NCBI GenBank assembly: GCA_038087875.1
Contig: CM075981.1
Span: 2,480,001 to 2,544,000 of the forward strand
Reading direction: 5' to 3'
Source of the DNA: Malacoraja senta
Taxonomy: Eukaryota
Length of the DNA: 64,000 nt
The translations under genes and the position numbers were made by a program. Under the pieces are notes generated by a model, which was given only the letters and a program-made list of their open reading frames with translations, searched no databases and was not told the DNA's origin. Below are positions 22,601 through 36,479 of this stretch, in pieces (position 1 is the first letter of the stretch; each line of letters begins with the position of its first letter).

Positions 22601-25600
22601 TGATCGATGGTCAGCGGGGTCTTTGACATGACCCTGTTACACATCCATTTGTTGAAGGTTTTCTCATCTCATCCACCTCCCCTGTCTGAAAGGTGACTTG
22701 GTCCAGGGGGATATTCAGGAGAAAGCTATTGGACAGGCCAACAGAATCATCGAGTCATAGATTGAGGAAATATGCCCTTCAGCCCACATAGTGAGACTGG
22801 CCCATTGCTTATGAAGCCTTGTTGCATGAACTTCCACCTCATTTTCTGTGACCCCCTTGAGATCCAGACTGAGGCAAATCCCCTCAACTAAACGTAACAC
22901 CAAAGGGGCAAAAAACCTCAGAAGATCCAGAAGTTCCTGAGAAGTTCTGAAAAATGTTCTGTTGTTCTAAACATAATTCTAAAGCCAAATCTTGTCCATT
23001 TTTTAAGGAATTCAAACCTCAAGACTCTGCTGTCCATTGGAGGCTGGAACTTTGGCACCCAGAAGTAAGATGGAAACTTTTTACGTTAGCATTAGATTAA
23101 AAAAAAGTTATTTTCCAATTGACTGTGATATGGAATGAATATTGAAAGACACAAAGTGCTGGAGTAACTCCTCAGTAACTCAGCCTGAAGAAGGGTCTCG
23201 ACCCGAGTCGTCACCTATCCATGTTCCTCAGAGATGCTGCCTGACCTGCTGAGCTACTCCAGCACTTTGTGTCTTTTCTTTTTGTAAACCAGCACCTGCA
23301 GTTCCATGTGCCTGACGTAAACAGTGGGTGTATTTGGTAATTTTGCCATAAATGCCAAGTGCCGTTTCATGCCTTTTTTGATGATTTTACCAAGATGCCT
23401 TTTTCACGATCGAGTGCCTAAATCAGCCTTTTTTTGCCGTTATGCTAAAAGGTCATGCTATTTTCTCTAGTTGTACCATGATTACAATGACGTTTTCTAT
23501 ATTAACACGTTAATATTAATGTTATTATTAAAGTGTTAACAGTATAAATGACAATAACATTTCCACCACCGGGGCAAAACCGGGGGCACCACCGTCGGTC
23601 GTTCATTCATTCGTGCTGCTGCCCACTGGTTCAGTCTTCTCCAACATCTATTTATTACTTCCAATTTTGCAAACTTCCCACAAGCTATCACTTCCCTTGA
23701 GAAAGGTGGCGAAACATTAGTGAATAACTTGCAGGTTTTCCACAAAGTAACTGACGATATTCGTAAAGTTCCTGGCGATGTAGGTAAAGACATACAAGGA
23801 AAATGTGAGCAAGTGATTTTAGCTAACAACGATCTTGAAGAAATACAAAACATAGCTAAAGTTCTCAAAGGTAATTGTAATGCACAAGATATCAACATGA
23901 ATATAGAGTCCGTAGCTTGTTTCTGGTATGCACCAGTGACCTCAGCTGAGGTAGAAAGAACTGAAGCATATTCTGTCTGACAGACAGCATAGTTTAACAC
24001 CAGATAATTTGAAAAAATGCCTGTAATTATGTGCAACCAGGCAACTTTGGTCATCTAATCTACTATAACATTATATTATCATTTTTAACCATATTTTGGT
24101 GGTGGAAATACATGCCTTTTTATGCCTTTGTCAATAATTGCCTTTTTCGTGCCTTCTTTGTAATTTTTGCCTATTTCAGAGTTTTTTTGTGCCTAAACAT
24201 CCTGGCTCTAGTAATGATATACACAGAGATAAATATCGAGGGGATAATTTTACAGTGAACTGTCTCAGGAGTATTATTAAACAGAGCAGTTTGCAAATTG
24301 TAATTTGAACAATATAGGATATTGCTTGCCAAAAAGTAAAATAACATAATTTTCAGAAAGAATCCTTTCAATAGTGTGTGGCACAGTGGTACAGTTGCTG
24401 CCTAACAGCGCTTACAGCACCAGAGACCCAGGTTCGATTCTGACTACGGGTACTGTCTGTACGGAGTTTGTTCGTTCTCCCTGTGACCTCCTGGGTTTTT
24501 TCCGAGATCTTCAGTTTGCTCCCACACTCCAAAAACTTACAAATTTGTAGGTTAATTGGCTTGTTATAAATGTAAATTGTCCCTTGTGTGTGTAGGATAT
24601 TGTCAGAGTGTGGGGATCGCTGGTCGGTGCAGAGTGGGTGGGCCGAAGGGCCTGTTCTCACGCCGTATCTCTGAACTAAACGTCATTTTCAGAAAGAATA
24701 ATTTCACATGAAACTTCGGATGATAGCAGGAGAAAGGAGTAATATTTTAGCCACGAGCATTTAGCGAACCCTTGGGTGAATCTGTACATGATAGGATATA
24801 ACAGCACAATCACTGGGTCACTGAGTTCAGCGGCTGTTACTACAGTTCCTTGTGTCTCCGGCACATTTCATTTCTAACTCCACTCCCCACATTCACCCCT
24901 CCTGCAGATTCACCGCGATGGTCGGCTCGTCAGGAACTCGGCAAATCTTCATCAAGTCAGTCATCGCCTTCCTGAGAGGGTACAGCTTTGACGGTCTGGA
25001 CATCGACTGGGAATATCCTGGATCTCGAGGAAGTCCTCCCGTTGACAAGCATCTCTACACTGTCCTGGCTCAGGTGCGGTCAAGTACATCTCACTATGGG
25101 TTTCGTTAAAATAAATGGGCCAAACGGAGGCCAAACCCACCCTTATCTCCACAGATGCTGCCTGACCCGCTGAGTTACTCCAGTACTCTGTGAAACGTCA
25201 CCTATCCACGTTCTCCAGAGATGCTGCCTGACTGGCTGAGTTACTCCAGCACTTTGTGGTACTAGTGTAGATGGGACATATTGGTCGGTGTGGGCAGGTT
25301 GGGCCAAAGGGTTTGTTTCCACGCTGCATGACTTGCAAATTTATCCAATAAATGTAACCTTATTGTCAAGATCACCAAGGTCAGATTTTCACAGATTACA
25401 CAAAGGAATTTAAGAATTCAGAAATTAAGAATTTAATAAAATTTGAACCAAGCACCATTTTGAGTGGGGATTAATAGGCTTCTTCCCCACTCTTGGGCGA
25501 CACGGTGGTGCAGCGGTAAAGTTGCTGCCCCACAGCCTAAACTTGAAATTGACACAAAGTGTTGGAGTAACTCAGCGGGTCAAGCAGCATCTCTGGGGAA

Positions 25601-28600
25601 AAAGAATAGGTGATGTTTCGGGTCGGGGCCCTTCCTAAGACTAGACTTGATCTCTTGCTAAAGGAGCCCTCGATCTCTCTGACCCACAGGAGCTGATGGC
25701 TGCCTTTGAGGCCGAGGGGAAAAGCACAGGAAAGCCACGACTCCTGCTCTCGGCTGCCGTTGCTGGTGGGAAGAGCAACATCGATACTGGCTACGAGGTT
25801 CCTCAGCTCGGCAAGTGAGTGTCCTTCCACACGCAAAGAAACCCAACTTTTCCTGTGGGCTTTCATCTTGGGAGTTTAACGAATTTGACGTCGTATTTGA
25901 ACTAGTTTTTCATCGCTCCACAATTTCATTGGTGGGAGCTTCCAGCCTGATGATTAAGATCCATCCACAACCCTAATGCATTCAATGCCTTTATCGGTCG
26001 GGGCATTGAGTGTGAGAGTCAGGAAGCCAACTTGCAGCTCTGTAGGTCTTTGGCCAGGAGGCATTTAGAGCATTGCGTGCAGGTCTGGCCATCTCCATTA
26101 CAGAAAGCATGTGGAGGCTTTGGAGACGGTACAGAGGAGATTTACCAGAGCGCTGCCTGGATTAGAGGGGATTAGCTACAGGGAGAGGTTGGACAAACTT
26201 GCATTGTTTCCTCTGGAATGTCAGAGGTTGAGGAGTGACTTGATAAAAGTTTATAAAATCACTAGAGGCATAGATAGGGTAGACAGTCAGAACCTGCTGG
26301 GGTGGTGGTTGAAACAGATACGTTAATGGCATTTAAAAGACCTTTAGATAGGCCCATGATCATGCCGGGCATGGAGGGATGTTGGTGATGTGCAGGTAGA
26401 TAAGTGATGGCCTTGGCATCATGTTCAAGTTTAAAGGAGATATGCAGGGTTTTTTTTACAGAGATAGTAGTGGGTGCCTGGAACGTGCTGCCAGGGATGG
26501 TGGTGGAGGCAGATACGAAAGTGGTGTTTAAGAGGCTTGTAGATATACAAGGAATGGAGGGATATGGATCACGTGTAGACAGAGGAGATGAGTTTATCTT
26601 GCCGTCATGTTTGGCATGCACATTGTGGGCAGAAGGGCCTGTTCCTGTGTTGTACTGTTCTGCATTCTGATGTTAATTTGGTGCATGGAGTATCAGGGTG
26701 ACCCCGGTCTCCGCTCTTGCAGGGTAGTAGACTTCTTCAATGTGATGACATACGATTTCTATGGTCCCTGGAGCCACGTTACTGGAGAGAACAGCCCCCT
26801 CTATCCCCTGCCTAATGACAAGGATTACACCAACATCCACTTCAATGTGGTAAGTGCTCAAGAAAACTTAATCCTGCTCAACTTCTTCAATTCCTCTCTC
26901 CGAATTAATAAATCCTTTTTGCCAAGTCCATATAACTGTTCCATACACCATGGAGAGCAGACTGTGGGGTTGCATCACAACTAGGTTTGGGAACAGCTCT
27001 GAGCCCAAGACCACAAGAAATTGCAGAGAGTTGTGGATGGAGCAGTCCATCCCACAGACCGCACTCCCCACCATTGACTCCATCTACAATTCACGCTGCC
27101 TCAGAAAAGCAGCCAACATAATCAAAGACTTGTCCCACCCCGGTCATTCCTCCTTCTCCCTGGTCCTGTCTAGCAGAAAGTACAGAAGCTTGAAAGCGCG
27201 CACCACCAGACTCAGTAACAGCTCCTTCCCCTCTGCTATCAGGCTTCTATAAGCTTGGGTACTGTCTGATGCACCTCTACCCCATTGCGGACATTGGACT
27301 TTGTCTCTAGAACTGATGCGCTACGATGCTGAGAACTATATTCTGTACTCTGTATCTTCCCCTTTGCTCCGCCTATTGTACCCGAGTTTGATTTCATTGT
27401 ATTTATGTACGGTATTATCTGATCTGTTTGGAAGCTTTTCACTGTGTCTCGGTACACGTGACAATAATAAACCTAAAGTTAAACATGAGCCTAATGTCCT
27501 TTGATGCCAACTGTGTCCCTGCAGGAATACGCCATGAACTACTGGAAGAGCAAGGGGGCTCCAGTGGATAAGTTGAATGTGGGCTTCCCCACCTACGGAC
27601 ACACATTCAGGCTGACCTCGTCCAGCACGGCCGTGGGTGCACCAGCAGGAGGCGCTGGACCAGCTGGCAAATACACCCGCCAAGCCGGCTTCCTGGCCTA
27701 CTATGAGGTACTGTACCTACCGACCAATCCAACCGCGTGGCCCTTTACTCAATGTTATCTTCCAATCCAATACTGAATAACCACACACAACATACATGGA
27801 CACAAGGTGCTGGAGCCTGAGGAAGGATCTCCACCCGAAACATCACCCACCCACATTCTCCGTTCTCGTTCTCTCCTCTTTCAATCTTTTTCTTTCATGT
27901 TTCTCCCTTCTCTTCACATGTCTCTCTCCTCTTTCCTCCTCTCTCTGCACATCTCTACATCTTTCTGCTCCTCTCCTCTCAGTATCTGACACTATTTTGT
28001 CTCCTGTTCCCCTCCAGCCTTTGTCACTATCTCCACCCACCAATCTTGTTGAGGTGTCAAATGGTTACCCCTCAGGTTTAATAGACAATAGGTGCAGGAG
28101 TAGGCCATTCGGCCCTTCGAACCAGTACCGTTCCTATTAAATCTTTCTCCCTCACCTTATGTCTTCTGGTTCTCGATTCCCCGACTCTGGGCAAGAGACA
28201 CTTTGCGTTGACCTGATCGGTTCCTCTCATGATTTTTTTCCACCTCAACAAGATTGGTCCCTAACATCTCCGTCTCTGGACAGATCTGCGGGTTCCTGAA
28301 CGGTGCCACCAGCGAATGGAACGCCCCACAGGACACCCCGTACGCCTTCAAGAATGGAATATGGATCGGCTATGACAACATCAAGAGCTTTGGAGACAAG
28401 GTACATCTGACCATAGAAGTTCCACCCTTTCCACGTGAACCATCGTGGTCTCTTTTATCTCAATATCTGTTGCAGAGTTTCCAACAGTGAGCTCCAGAAT
28501 TATGCTTCAAAATCTTCAGAATCTTTTGTCGTTACATTCTGCATAAAATTTCCAGCTCACCATAAATTCATGGTGTTCGGGTGTCAGGGGTAATGGGGAG

Positions 28601-29861
28601 AAGGGGTTAGGATTCACATCGGGGAAACGTGGAATTTCTGTTTTTATTTCTCTGGTGCTGGGGTGAAACTGGTCCTCGATTATGCTGGTGGCCTTGCTGA
28701 GGCAGCATGAGGTATAGATGGAGTCAATGGAAGGGAGGTTGGTTTACGTGATGGTCTGAGCTGCGTCAGCAACTTGCTGCAATTTCTTGCGGGTTTTGGA
28801 TGGAGCCATTCCCAAACCGTGCTATATTGAATCCCGATAAAACGCTTTCTACAGCGCATCGTAGAAGCCATTATTGACTGAAGGGTGCTGGTGTAAAAAT
28901 GTGAACTGTGTCTTCCAGGTTGAGTGGCTGAAGAAGAACAACTTTGGAGGAGCTATGGTCTGGGATCTGGCTTTGGATGACTTCTCTGGTGCCTTCTGTC
29001 ACCAGGGACCCTACCCCCTCATCAACACTCTGCACTCTGGCCTTGGCATCTCTGGAGGTAATGGAGATGTGCAGGACACGTCTTTCACACAGAGGGTGGT
29101 GGGTGCCAGGAACACGCTACCGGGGGTGGTGGTGGAGGCAGATAGTGGTAGGACTAGGTATGATAGCAACGTTTTCCACACAGAGCGTGGTGGGTATAGG
29201 GAACAAACAACTGAGTTACTACAGCACATTGTGTCTCTTTTTATAGACCAGCATCTGGGGTGGGAGGTCAGGACCTCTCTGGAGTTGGTGAGAGGTGGGT
29301 TCAGTGGGATAATCCCATTGACTGGGATATTCACACTTTGTAGACCTGCATCCACGGTTCCTTGTTTCTACATGAACTAAGACGGATATGGAGGCCGTCA
29401 ACAGGTATTTCTAAGTCGGAGATCGACAGATTTGTGATTAGTTCGGGTGTCAGGGTTTATGGGGAGAAGGGAGGAGAATGGCGTTGAGAGGGAGGGATAG
29501 ATCAACCATGATTGAATGGTGGAGTAATTCAATGGGCCAAATCACCTAATTCTCCTATGACTTTAGGAGAACTTATAACGAACTGTGTTTCTTTGCAGCT
29601 TGCGTCCCATCCAAGACAACATTGAAGCCGGCGGTCCCACCTACTGATGCTCCTAGTGGTGGTGGAGGCGGTGGAGGCAGCAGTGGTGGAGGCAGTGGCG
29701 GTGGAGGCAGTGGCTTCTGTAATGGCAAAGCGAACGGTACCTTCCCCGATCCCAAGGACAAGAACAAGTTCTACCAGTGCGCCAATGGTCGGACCTACCT
29801 GAAGAGCTGTGCCACTGGATTAGTCTTCGATTCATCCTGTAAATGTTGCAACTGGCCTTAA
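19694..29861 (+). CDS. chia: GH18 chitinase with C-terminal CBM14 chitin-binding domain (acidic mammalian chitinase-like), 11 coding exons, 477 aa
   Basis: Exons 19694-19718, 21023-21052, 21147-21348, 23008-23064, 24908-25073, 25690-25814, 26723-26849, 27525-27707, 28284-28400, 28919-29057, 29599-29861. All introns are GT-AG and the total of 1434 nt is in frame. Motifs: LVCYFTNWAQYR, intact catalytic FDGLDIDWEYPG, Gly-rich linker, six-Cys CBD ending CKCCNWP. The first exon sizes (25/30/202/57/166/125) match the vertebrate CHIA pattern. Confidence 0.96.
21373..21660. mobile_element. MITE with long terminal inverted repeats (PIF/Harbinger-like) in chitinase intron 3
   Basis: ctgtcccactttcccgagtta..aattctcccgagttttccccttgattcaaactcggaga is inverted at the other end, with TAA/TTA flanks. 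Confidence 0.75.
23320..24215 (+). mobile_element. Degenerate DNA transposon (hAT-like) fragment in chitinase intron 4
   Basis: ORF 23720-23980 ends FWYAPVTSAEVER, resembling the hAT C-terminal dimerisation motif. Confidence 0.45.
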
Positions 29862-30619
29862 AGGCAGAAGGTGAGACTGCTAGCCGATCTCACACTCTAT
29901 ACTGGGCATCGAGTCATACATCTCCGAACCAGCCTTTCAGCCCAACAAGTCCATACTGACCCTACTTGACCCTAATGCTCATGGGGTAAGAAACACAATA
30001 GTAGGTGACTGGCCACCCTAAACATTCATTGGTCATAGTATTTTCACCCAGCAGAGTCACCTCTAGTCTTTAGAGATACAGCGCGATAACAGGCCCTTCG
30101 GCCCATCGAGTCCAAGCCGACTAGCGATCACCCTGTACACTAGCACTATGCTACACACTAGGGACAGTTTACAATTTACAGAAGCCAATTTACCGACAAA
30201 CCTGTACGTTTTTGGAACGTGGGAGGAAACCGGAGCACCCGGAGAAAACCCACGCAGTCACAGCGAGAACGTGCAAACTCTGTACAGACAGCACCCGAGG
30301 TTAGGATGGAACCCGGGTCTATGGCGCTGTAAGACATGTAAGTGGAATGTCTACCGCTGCGCCACCGTGCCACCTCCTCTTCGGGTGAAGAGTATGGTGG
30401 TGGGGGTGGGCAAGGGAACCAACAGGCCAGAAACAGGCGACCATTCCAGAAAATGCTCCAGAGAAAGTAGCCGTGCAGCGGGTAGAGCCGCTGCCTCACA
30501 GCTCCAGAGACACGGGTTCAATCCTGACTACTGGAGCTGTCTGAGTGTGGAGATAGAAAAAAATAGGTGCGGGAGTAGGCTATTCGGCTCACCCACTGAC
30601 ACATACTGATGCTCACCCA

Positions 30620-31132
30620 GACACACACTCACACACCCCCTCACACACACACACACACACACACCCTCACACACTCACCCCCTCACACACACACACACGC
30701 ACTCATACCCTCACACACACGCCCCCTCACACACACGCCCCCTCACACACACGCGCCCCCTCACACACACGCGCCCCCTCACACACACGCGCCCCCTCTC
30801 ACACACACGCGCCCCCTCTCACACACACGCGCCCCCTCTCACACACACAGCCCCCTCTCACACACACAGCCCCCTCTCACACACACAGCCCCCTCTCACA
30901 CACACAGCCCCCTCTCACACACACAGCCCCCTCTCACACACACAGCCCCCTCTCACACACACAGCCCCCTCTCACACACACAGCCCCCTCTCACACACAC
31001 GCCCCCTCTCACACACACGCCCCCTCTCACACACGCCCCCTCTCACACACGCCCCCTCTCACACACACGCCCCCTCTCACACACACGCCCCCTCTCACAC
31101 ACACGCCCCCTCTCACACACGCCCCCTCACCC
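30620..31132. repeat. CA-rich 17-19 bp minisatellite (cacacacagccccctctca)n
   Basis: Directly visible; its mirror is at 62805-63330. Confidence 0.95.
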
Positions 31133-32111
31133 NNNNNNNNNNNNNNNNNNNNNNNNNNNNNNNNNNNNNNNNNNNNNNNNNNNNNNNNNNNNNNNNNNNN
31201 NNNNNNNNNNNNNNNNNNNNNNNNNNNNNNNNNNNNNNNNNNNNNNNNNNNNNNNNNNNNNNNNNNNNNNNNNNNNNNNNNNNNNNNNNNNNNNNNNNNN
31301 NNNNNNNNNNNNNNNNNNNNNNNNNNNNNNNNNNNNNNNNNNNNNNNNNNNNNNNNNNNNNNNNNNNNNNNNNNNNNNNNNNNNNNNNNNNNNNNNNNNN
31401 NNNNNNNNNNNNNNNNNNNNNNNNNNNNNNNNNNNNNNNNNNNNNNNNNNNNNNNNNNNNNNNNNNNNNNNNNNNNNNNNNNNNNNNNNNNNNNNNNNNN
31501 NNNNNNNNNNNNNNNNNNNNNNNNNNNNNNNNNNNNNNNNNNNNNNNNNNNNNNNNNNNNNNNNNNNNNNNNNNNNNNNNNNNNNNNNNNNNNNNNNNNN
31601 NNNNNNNNNNNNNNNNNNNNNNNNNNNNNNNNNNNNNNNNNNNNNNNNNNNNNNNNNNNNNNNNNNNNNNNNNNNNNNNNNNNNNNNNNNNNNNNNNNNN
31701 NNNNNNNNNNNNNNNNNNNNNNNNNNNNNNNNNNNNNNNNNNNNNNNNNNNNNNNNNNNNNNNNNNNNNNNNNNNNNNNNNNNNNNNNNNNNNNNNNNNN
31801 NNNNNNNNNNNNNNNNNNNNNNNNNNNNNNNNNNNNNNNNNNNNNNNNNNNNNNNNNNNNNNNNNNNNNNNNNNNNNNNNNNNNNNNNNNNNNNNNNNNN
31901 NNNNNNNNNNNNNNNNNNNNNNNNNNNNNNNNNNNNNNNNNNNNNNNNNNNNNNNNNNNNNNNNNNNNNNNNNNNNNNNNNNNNNNNNNNNNNNNNNNNN
32001 NNNNNNNNNNNNNNNNNNNNNNNNNNNNNNNNNNNNNNNNNNNNNNNNNNNNNNNNNNNNNNNNNNNNNNNNNNNNNNNNNNNNNNNNNNNNNNNNNNNN
32101 NNNNNNNNNNN
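31133..32111. other. Assembly gap (N run)
   Basis: Ns. Confidence 1.
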
Positions 32112-33714
32112 CCACCCACCACGAGGCCGAGATGGCCACCACCAGGAGCAGCAACAACACCCACCGCCTCCCCGGCCAAACCCAGGCCCAGAGTCCGACT
32201 CTGACACCGAAACCGCCGCCCGCGGCTGCCGACTCTCCCCGGGCGGGGCGGGGCGGGGCGGGACAGAGTCGCTGTCGTCGACCCTCACTCACCGCCTCCC
32301 CGGCCATCCATGCTGCTGCCGTCGACGCGTATCTCTATCTACGGGCCTCCGCCAGCGACCTCGCCTCGCCTCGCCTCGTCTCCCCACCGGCCAGCAGCCA
32401 CCAACGGGCCGGAGCCGACACTCACCTCACCGGAGCTCCAGGCGCAGCACGAGGCCCACAACCAACCGCCACCAGGCGGACAGCAGCACGTGGTCTGTCC
32501 CTGCTGGGTCCTAGTGCCCCGCCCTTCCTCCCCTCTATAGGGAAGATCCATCAGTAGTGATGACTCTGCTGGGTCCTAATGCTCCACCCCCCCTGACCCC
32601 CTGTAGGGAAGGCCCATCAGTAGTGATTGAAAACCCATCAGTAGTGATGGGTCTTCCCCTTCCCCCTCTTTTCATCAGGTTACCCCGACCACACACATTA
32701 AAATTCCCCTTTTTTTTGGCCTTTTTTTTTTACAGGGGTGCCCTCCGGCAGCACTACACCCCTGGCCCTAAGAGCTATATCCAACTCTCTCTTGAAAGCA
32801 TCTAGTGAATTGGCCTCCACTGCCTTCTGTAGCAGAGAATTGCACAGATTCACAACTCTCTGGGTGACGGAGTTGGCACGTTCTCCCCATCACCGCGTGG
32901 GTTTTTCTCCAGGAGCTCCGGTTTCCTCCCACATCCCAAAGTCGCGCAAGGTTGTAGGTTGACAGGCCCTCTGTAAATTGCCCCTCGTGTGTAGGTGAGG
33001 GTTGGAATCTGGGGAGAACTGATGGGAATGTTGGGGAAATGAGTGAGGGTCAGGTATGCACTGTCTCCCTGCTGTGTAGCCCCATCACTCTTTGGACTAT
33101 CTCTGATCGGACTTCACCTCGCACAGAACGTTAACCCTTTCATCCTGTATCTGTACACTGTGGGCGGCTCAATTGTAATCATGTGTAGTCGTTCCGCTGA
33201 CAGGATAGCAATAATAAACTAAACTAAACTAAACTAGAAACTTTTTAAAAAGACATACTTTAGATATTGTTTTTGATCTGATGTGTAGACATCCTTCCTG
33301 GTTGTGAGAAATCTAAGATGATCTTTCTGTTACAGACTGCGCTCGACAAACAACCCGGAACTTCCACCACCGATTGTCCATCACAAAGATAATTGTTGCT
33401 GTTAAAACAATAAAATAAAGTCATAATTTCAAGCATATAACAGCGTAGTTTGTGTCTGTTCATGTGCATCACTTCCAGGATCAGAATTAGGCCATTTGCC
33501 CCATCAAGTCTACTCCTCCGTTCAATCATGGCTGATCTGTCTCTCCCTCTCAACCCCATTCTCCTGCCTTCTCCCCATAACCTCTGACATCCGTACTAAT
33601 CAAGAATCTGTCAATCTCCGCTTTAAAAATACCCAATGACTTGGCCTCCACAGCCGTCTGTGGCAATGAATTCCACAGATTCACCACCCTCTGACTAAGC
33701 AAATTCCTCCTCAT

Positions 33715-34590
33715 CTCATAGAAACATAGAAACAAAGAAAATAGGTGCAGGAGGAGGCCATTCAGCCCTTCGAGCCAGCACTGCCATTCATTGTGATCAT
33801 GGCTGATCGTTCCCAATCAATAACCCATGCCTGCCTTCTCCCCATATCCCTTGATTCCACTAGCCCCTAGAGCTCTATCTAACTCTCTCTTAAATCCATC
33901 CAGTGACTTGGCCTCCACTGCCCTCTGTGGCAGGGAATTCCACAAATTCACAACTCTCTGGGTGAAAAAGTTTTTTCTCACCTCAGTCTTAAATGGCTTC
34001 CCCTTTATTCTAAGTCTGTGGCCCCCGGTTCTGGACTCGCCCAACATTGGGAACATTTTTCCGGCATCTAGCTTGTCCAGTCCTTTTATAATTTTATATG
34101 TTTCTGTTAGAATCCCCCTCATCCTTCTAAACTCCAGTGAATACAAGCCTAGTCTTTTCAATCTTACCTCCTATGACAGTCCCGCCATCCCAGGGATCAA
34201 TCTTGTGAACCTACGCTGCACTGCCTCAATCACAAGGATGTCTTTCCTCAAATGAGGAGACCAAAACTGGACACAATACTCCAGATGTGGTCTCACCAGA
34301 GCCCTAAACAACTGCAGAAGAACCTCTTTACTCCTATACTGAAATCCTCTTGTTATGAAGGTCAACATTCCATTAGCTTTCTTCACTGCCTGCTGTACCT
34401 ACACGCCAACTTTCAGTGACCGGTGTACAAGGACGCCCAGGTCTTGCTGCATCTCCCCCTTACCTAACCTAACCCCATTGAGATAATAATCTGCCCCCTT
34501 GTTTTAGTTGCCAAAGTGGATAACCTCACATTTATCTATATTATATTGCATCTGCCACGCATCTGCCCACTCACTCAACCTGTCCTGCTC
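33715..34590 (-). mobile_element. CR1 3' fragment (mirror at ~59660-60545, +)
   Basis: ORFs 33817-34161 and 34171-34386 are CR1 ORF2 C-terminal pieces. Confidence 0.9.
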
Positions 34591-36479
34591 ACATCTCCTT
34601 CCTAAAGGTACTTCCTTTTATTCTGAGGATGTGCCCTCTGGTCCTGGACTCCGTAAATAATGGAATCATCCTCTCCACATCCACTCTGTCCAGGCCTTTA
34701 ACTATTCGGTAAGTTTCAATGCGGTCCCCACCCCCTCATCCTTCAAAATTCCCCTCATCCTGATAAACAGTTTATCAATTAAAGTCAGCAATTTCAGTTG
34801 CTATGGATTGAATTAAATAACTGCTATTAGCCAAGTATGTATACATACAAGAAGTCCCTTGGTGCTTTGCTCGCAAGTCACAACACGATATACAGTTAAC
34901 AATTAGGAATGAAACATTACAATTTAACCATGTGAAGAATGACATAAAATACCAGAGCACAAGGAGGCTGCAGACTTCTGGTTGTTGAGTAGAGCTACTG
35001 CTCGTGGTTATGTCTGGTTCTGGCGGCTTTGACAGTCCGGAGTCGCCTTCCAGAGGGAAGGAACACATCAGTATGAATGTCACAGTCACATGCAGTTACT
35101 TACCTTTCAAGCTTTGCACAATCTTGTTTTCAGAGAGACACAGACCCGTTGTGTCCATGCCATCCATCAGCCATCCATTTACACTAATCCTACACTAATC
35201 TAGTCCAACTTTATTCTCTCTATATGGTTTTCAATTTCTCCCAGATTCCATCATTCACCTGCGGACAGGTTAAACTAATCTCCTCTGCCTGCATGTGATC
35301 CATATCCCTCCATCCATGTGCCAATATAATAGCCTCTTAAACACCACCATCGTGTCTGCCTCAACCACCACCCCTGGCAGCGCGTTCCAGGCTCCCACCA
35401 CCCACTGTGTATCCGCACAACTTTGCCCCTCTCACCTTAAAGATGTGCCCTCTAGTCCTTTACATTCCCACCCTGGGAAACTTGTTCTGATGATCTACTC
35501 GAACTGTCTGTCTGACGTCCTCTAGTAATTGGTATTTCTCTTCTGGTGAAAAGGTTCTGGCCGTTGTCACGGGTAGTCAGCACCCGTAGTCAGGATCGAA
35601 CCCGGGTCTCTGGCACTGTGAGGCAGCAACTCTACGTCTATGCTACCACTGTGCCACCCCAATACAAACTGGTGTCAAACAAACATTGTCGTTCACAGAG
35701 TGGTGCCCAGACTTGTCTCTGTGTGGTTGCTAGTCAGCTGCCGTTAATTACTAACGAGATTGTGGTCATCAAAGATGTCCCAACAGTTGACAACGTGCCC
35801 CACACATCCTTGTTGTGGCTCCAGCGAGTTACAGAACCATAGAAACATAGAAAATAGGTGGAGTAGTAGGTCATTTGGCCCTTCGAGCCAGCACCGCCAT
35901 TCAATATGATTATGGCTGATCATCCAAAATCAGTACCCCGTTCCTGCTTTCTCCCCATATCCCTTGATTCCATTAGCCCTAAGAGCTAAATCTAACTCTC
36001 TCTTGAAAACATCCAGTGAATTGGCCTCCACTGCCCTCTGTGGCAGAGAATTCCACAGATTCACAACTCTTTGGGTGACATTTTTTTTCCTCATCTCAGT
36101 CCTAAATGGCCTACCCCCATATTCTTAAACTGTGACCCTGGTTCTGAACTCCCCTTCGGAAGCCTTTGATAAAGTGCCACACGTGAGGCTGTTAAGGAAA
36201 ATGAGTGCCCACGGTATTAAAAAAATACAAAAATAGGTGGAGTCTGTGCAGGAGGACTTGGACAGGTTGGGAGAGGGGGCAGTGAGGGGGGGGGGGACCT
36301 CACTGAAACATACAGAATTGTGAAAGTCTTGGATAGAGTGGATGTGGGGAGGATGTTTCCACTGGTGGGAAAGTCTAGGACTAGAGGTCATAGCCTCAGA
36401 ATTAAAGGACGTTTTTGTAGGAAGGAGATGATGCTGTGATAGGATGAATGCATGGTCAAGGGACAGTAGCTATAGACAA

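Noticed and set aside
30609-32307. Long ORFs of 350-530 aa (also 62137-62887)
   Set aside because: They are artefacts of a minisatellite plus an N gap.
34775-35198. ORFs conserved in two places (34775-35198 and 59058-59481)
   Set aside because: The conservation simply reflects the recent inverted duplication; there are no recognisable domains or splice structure.
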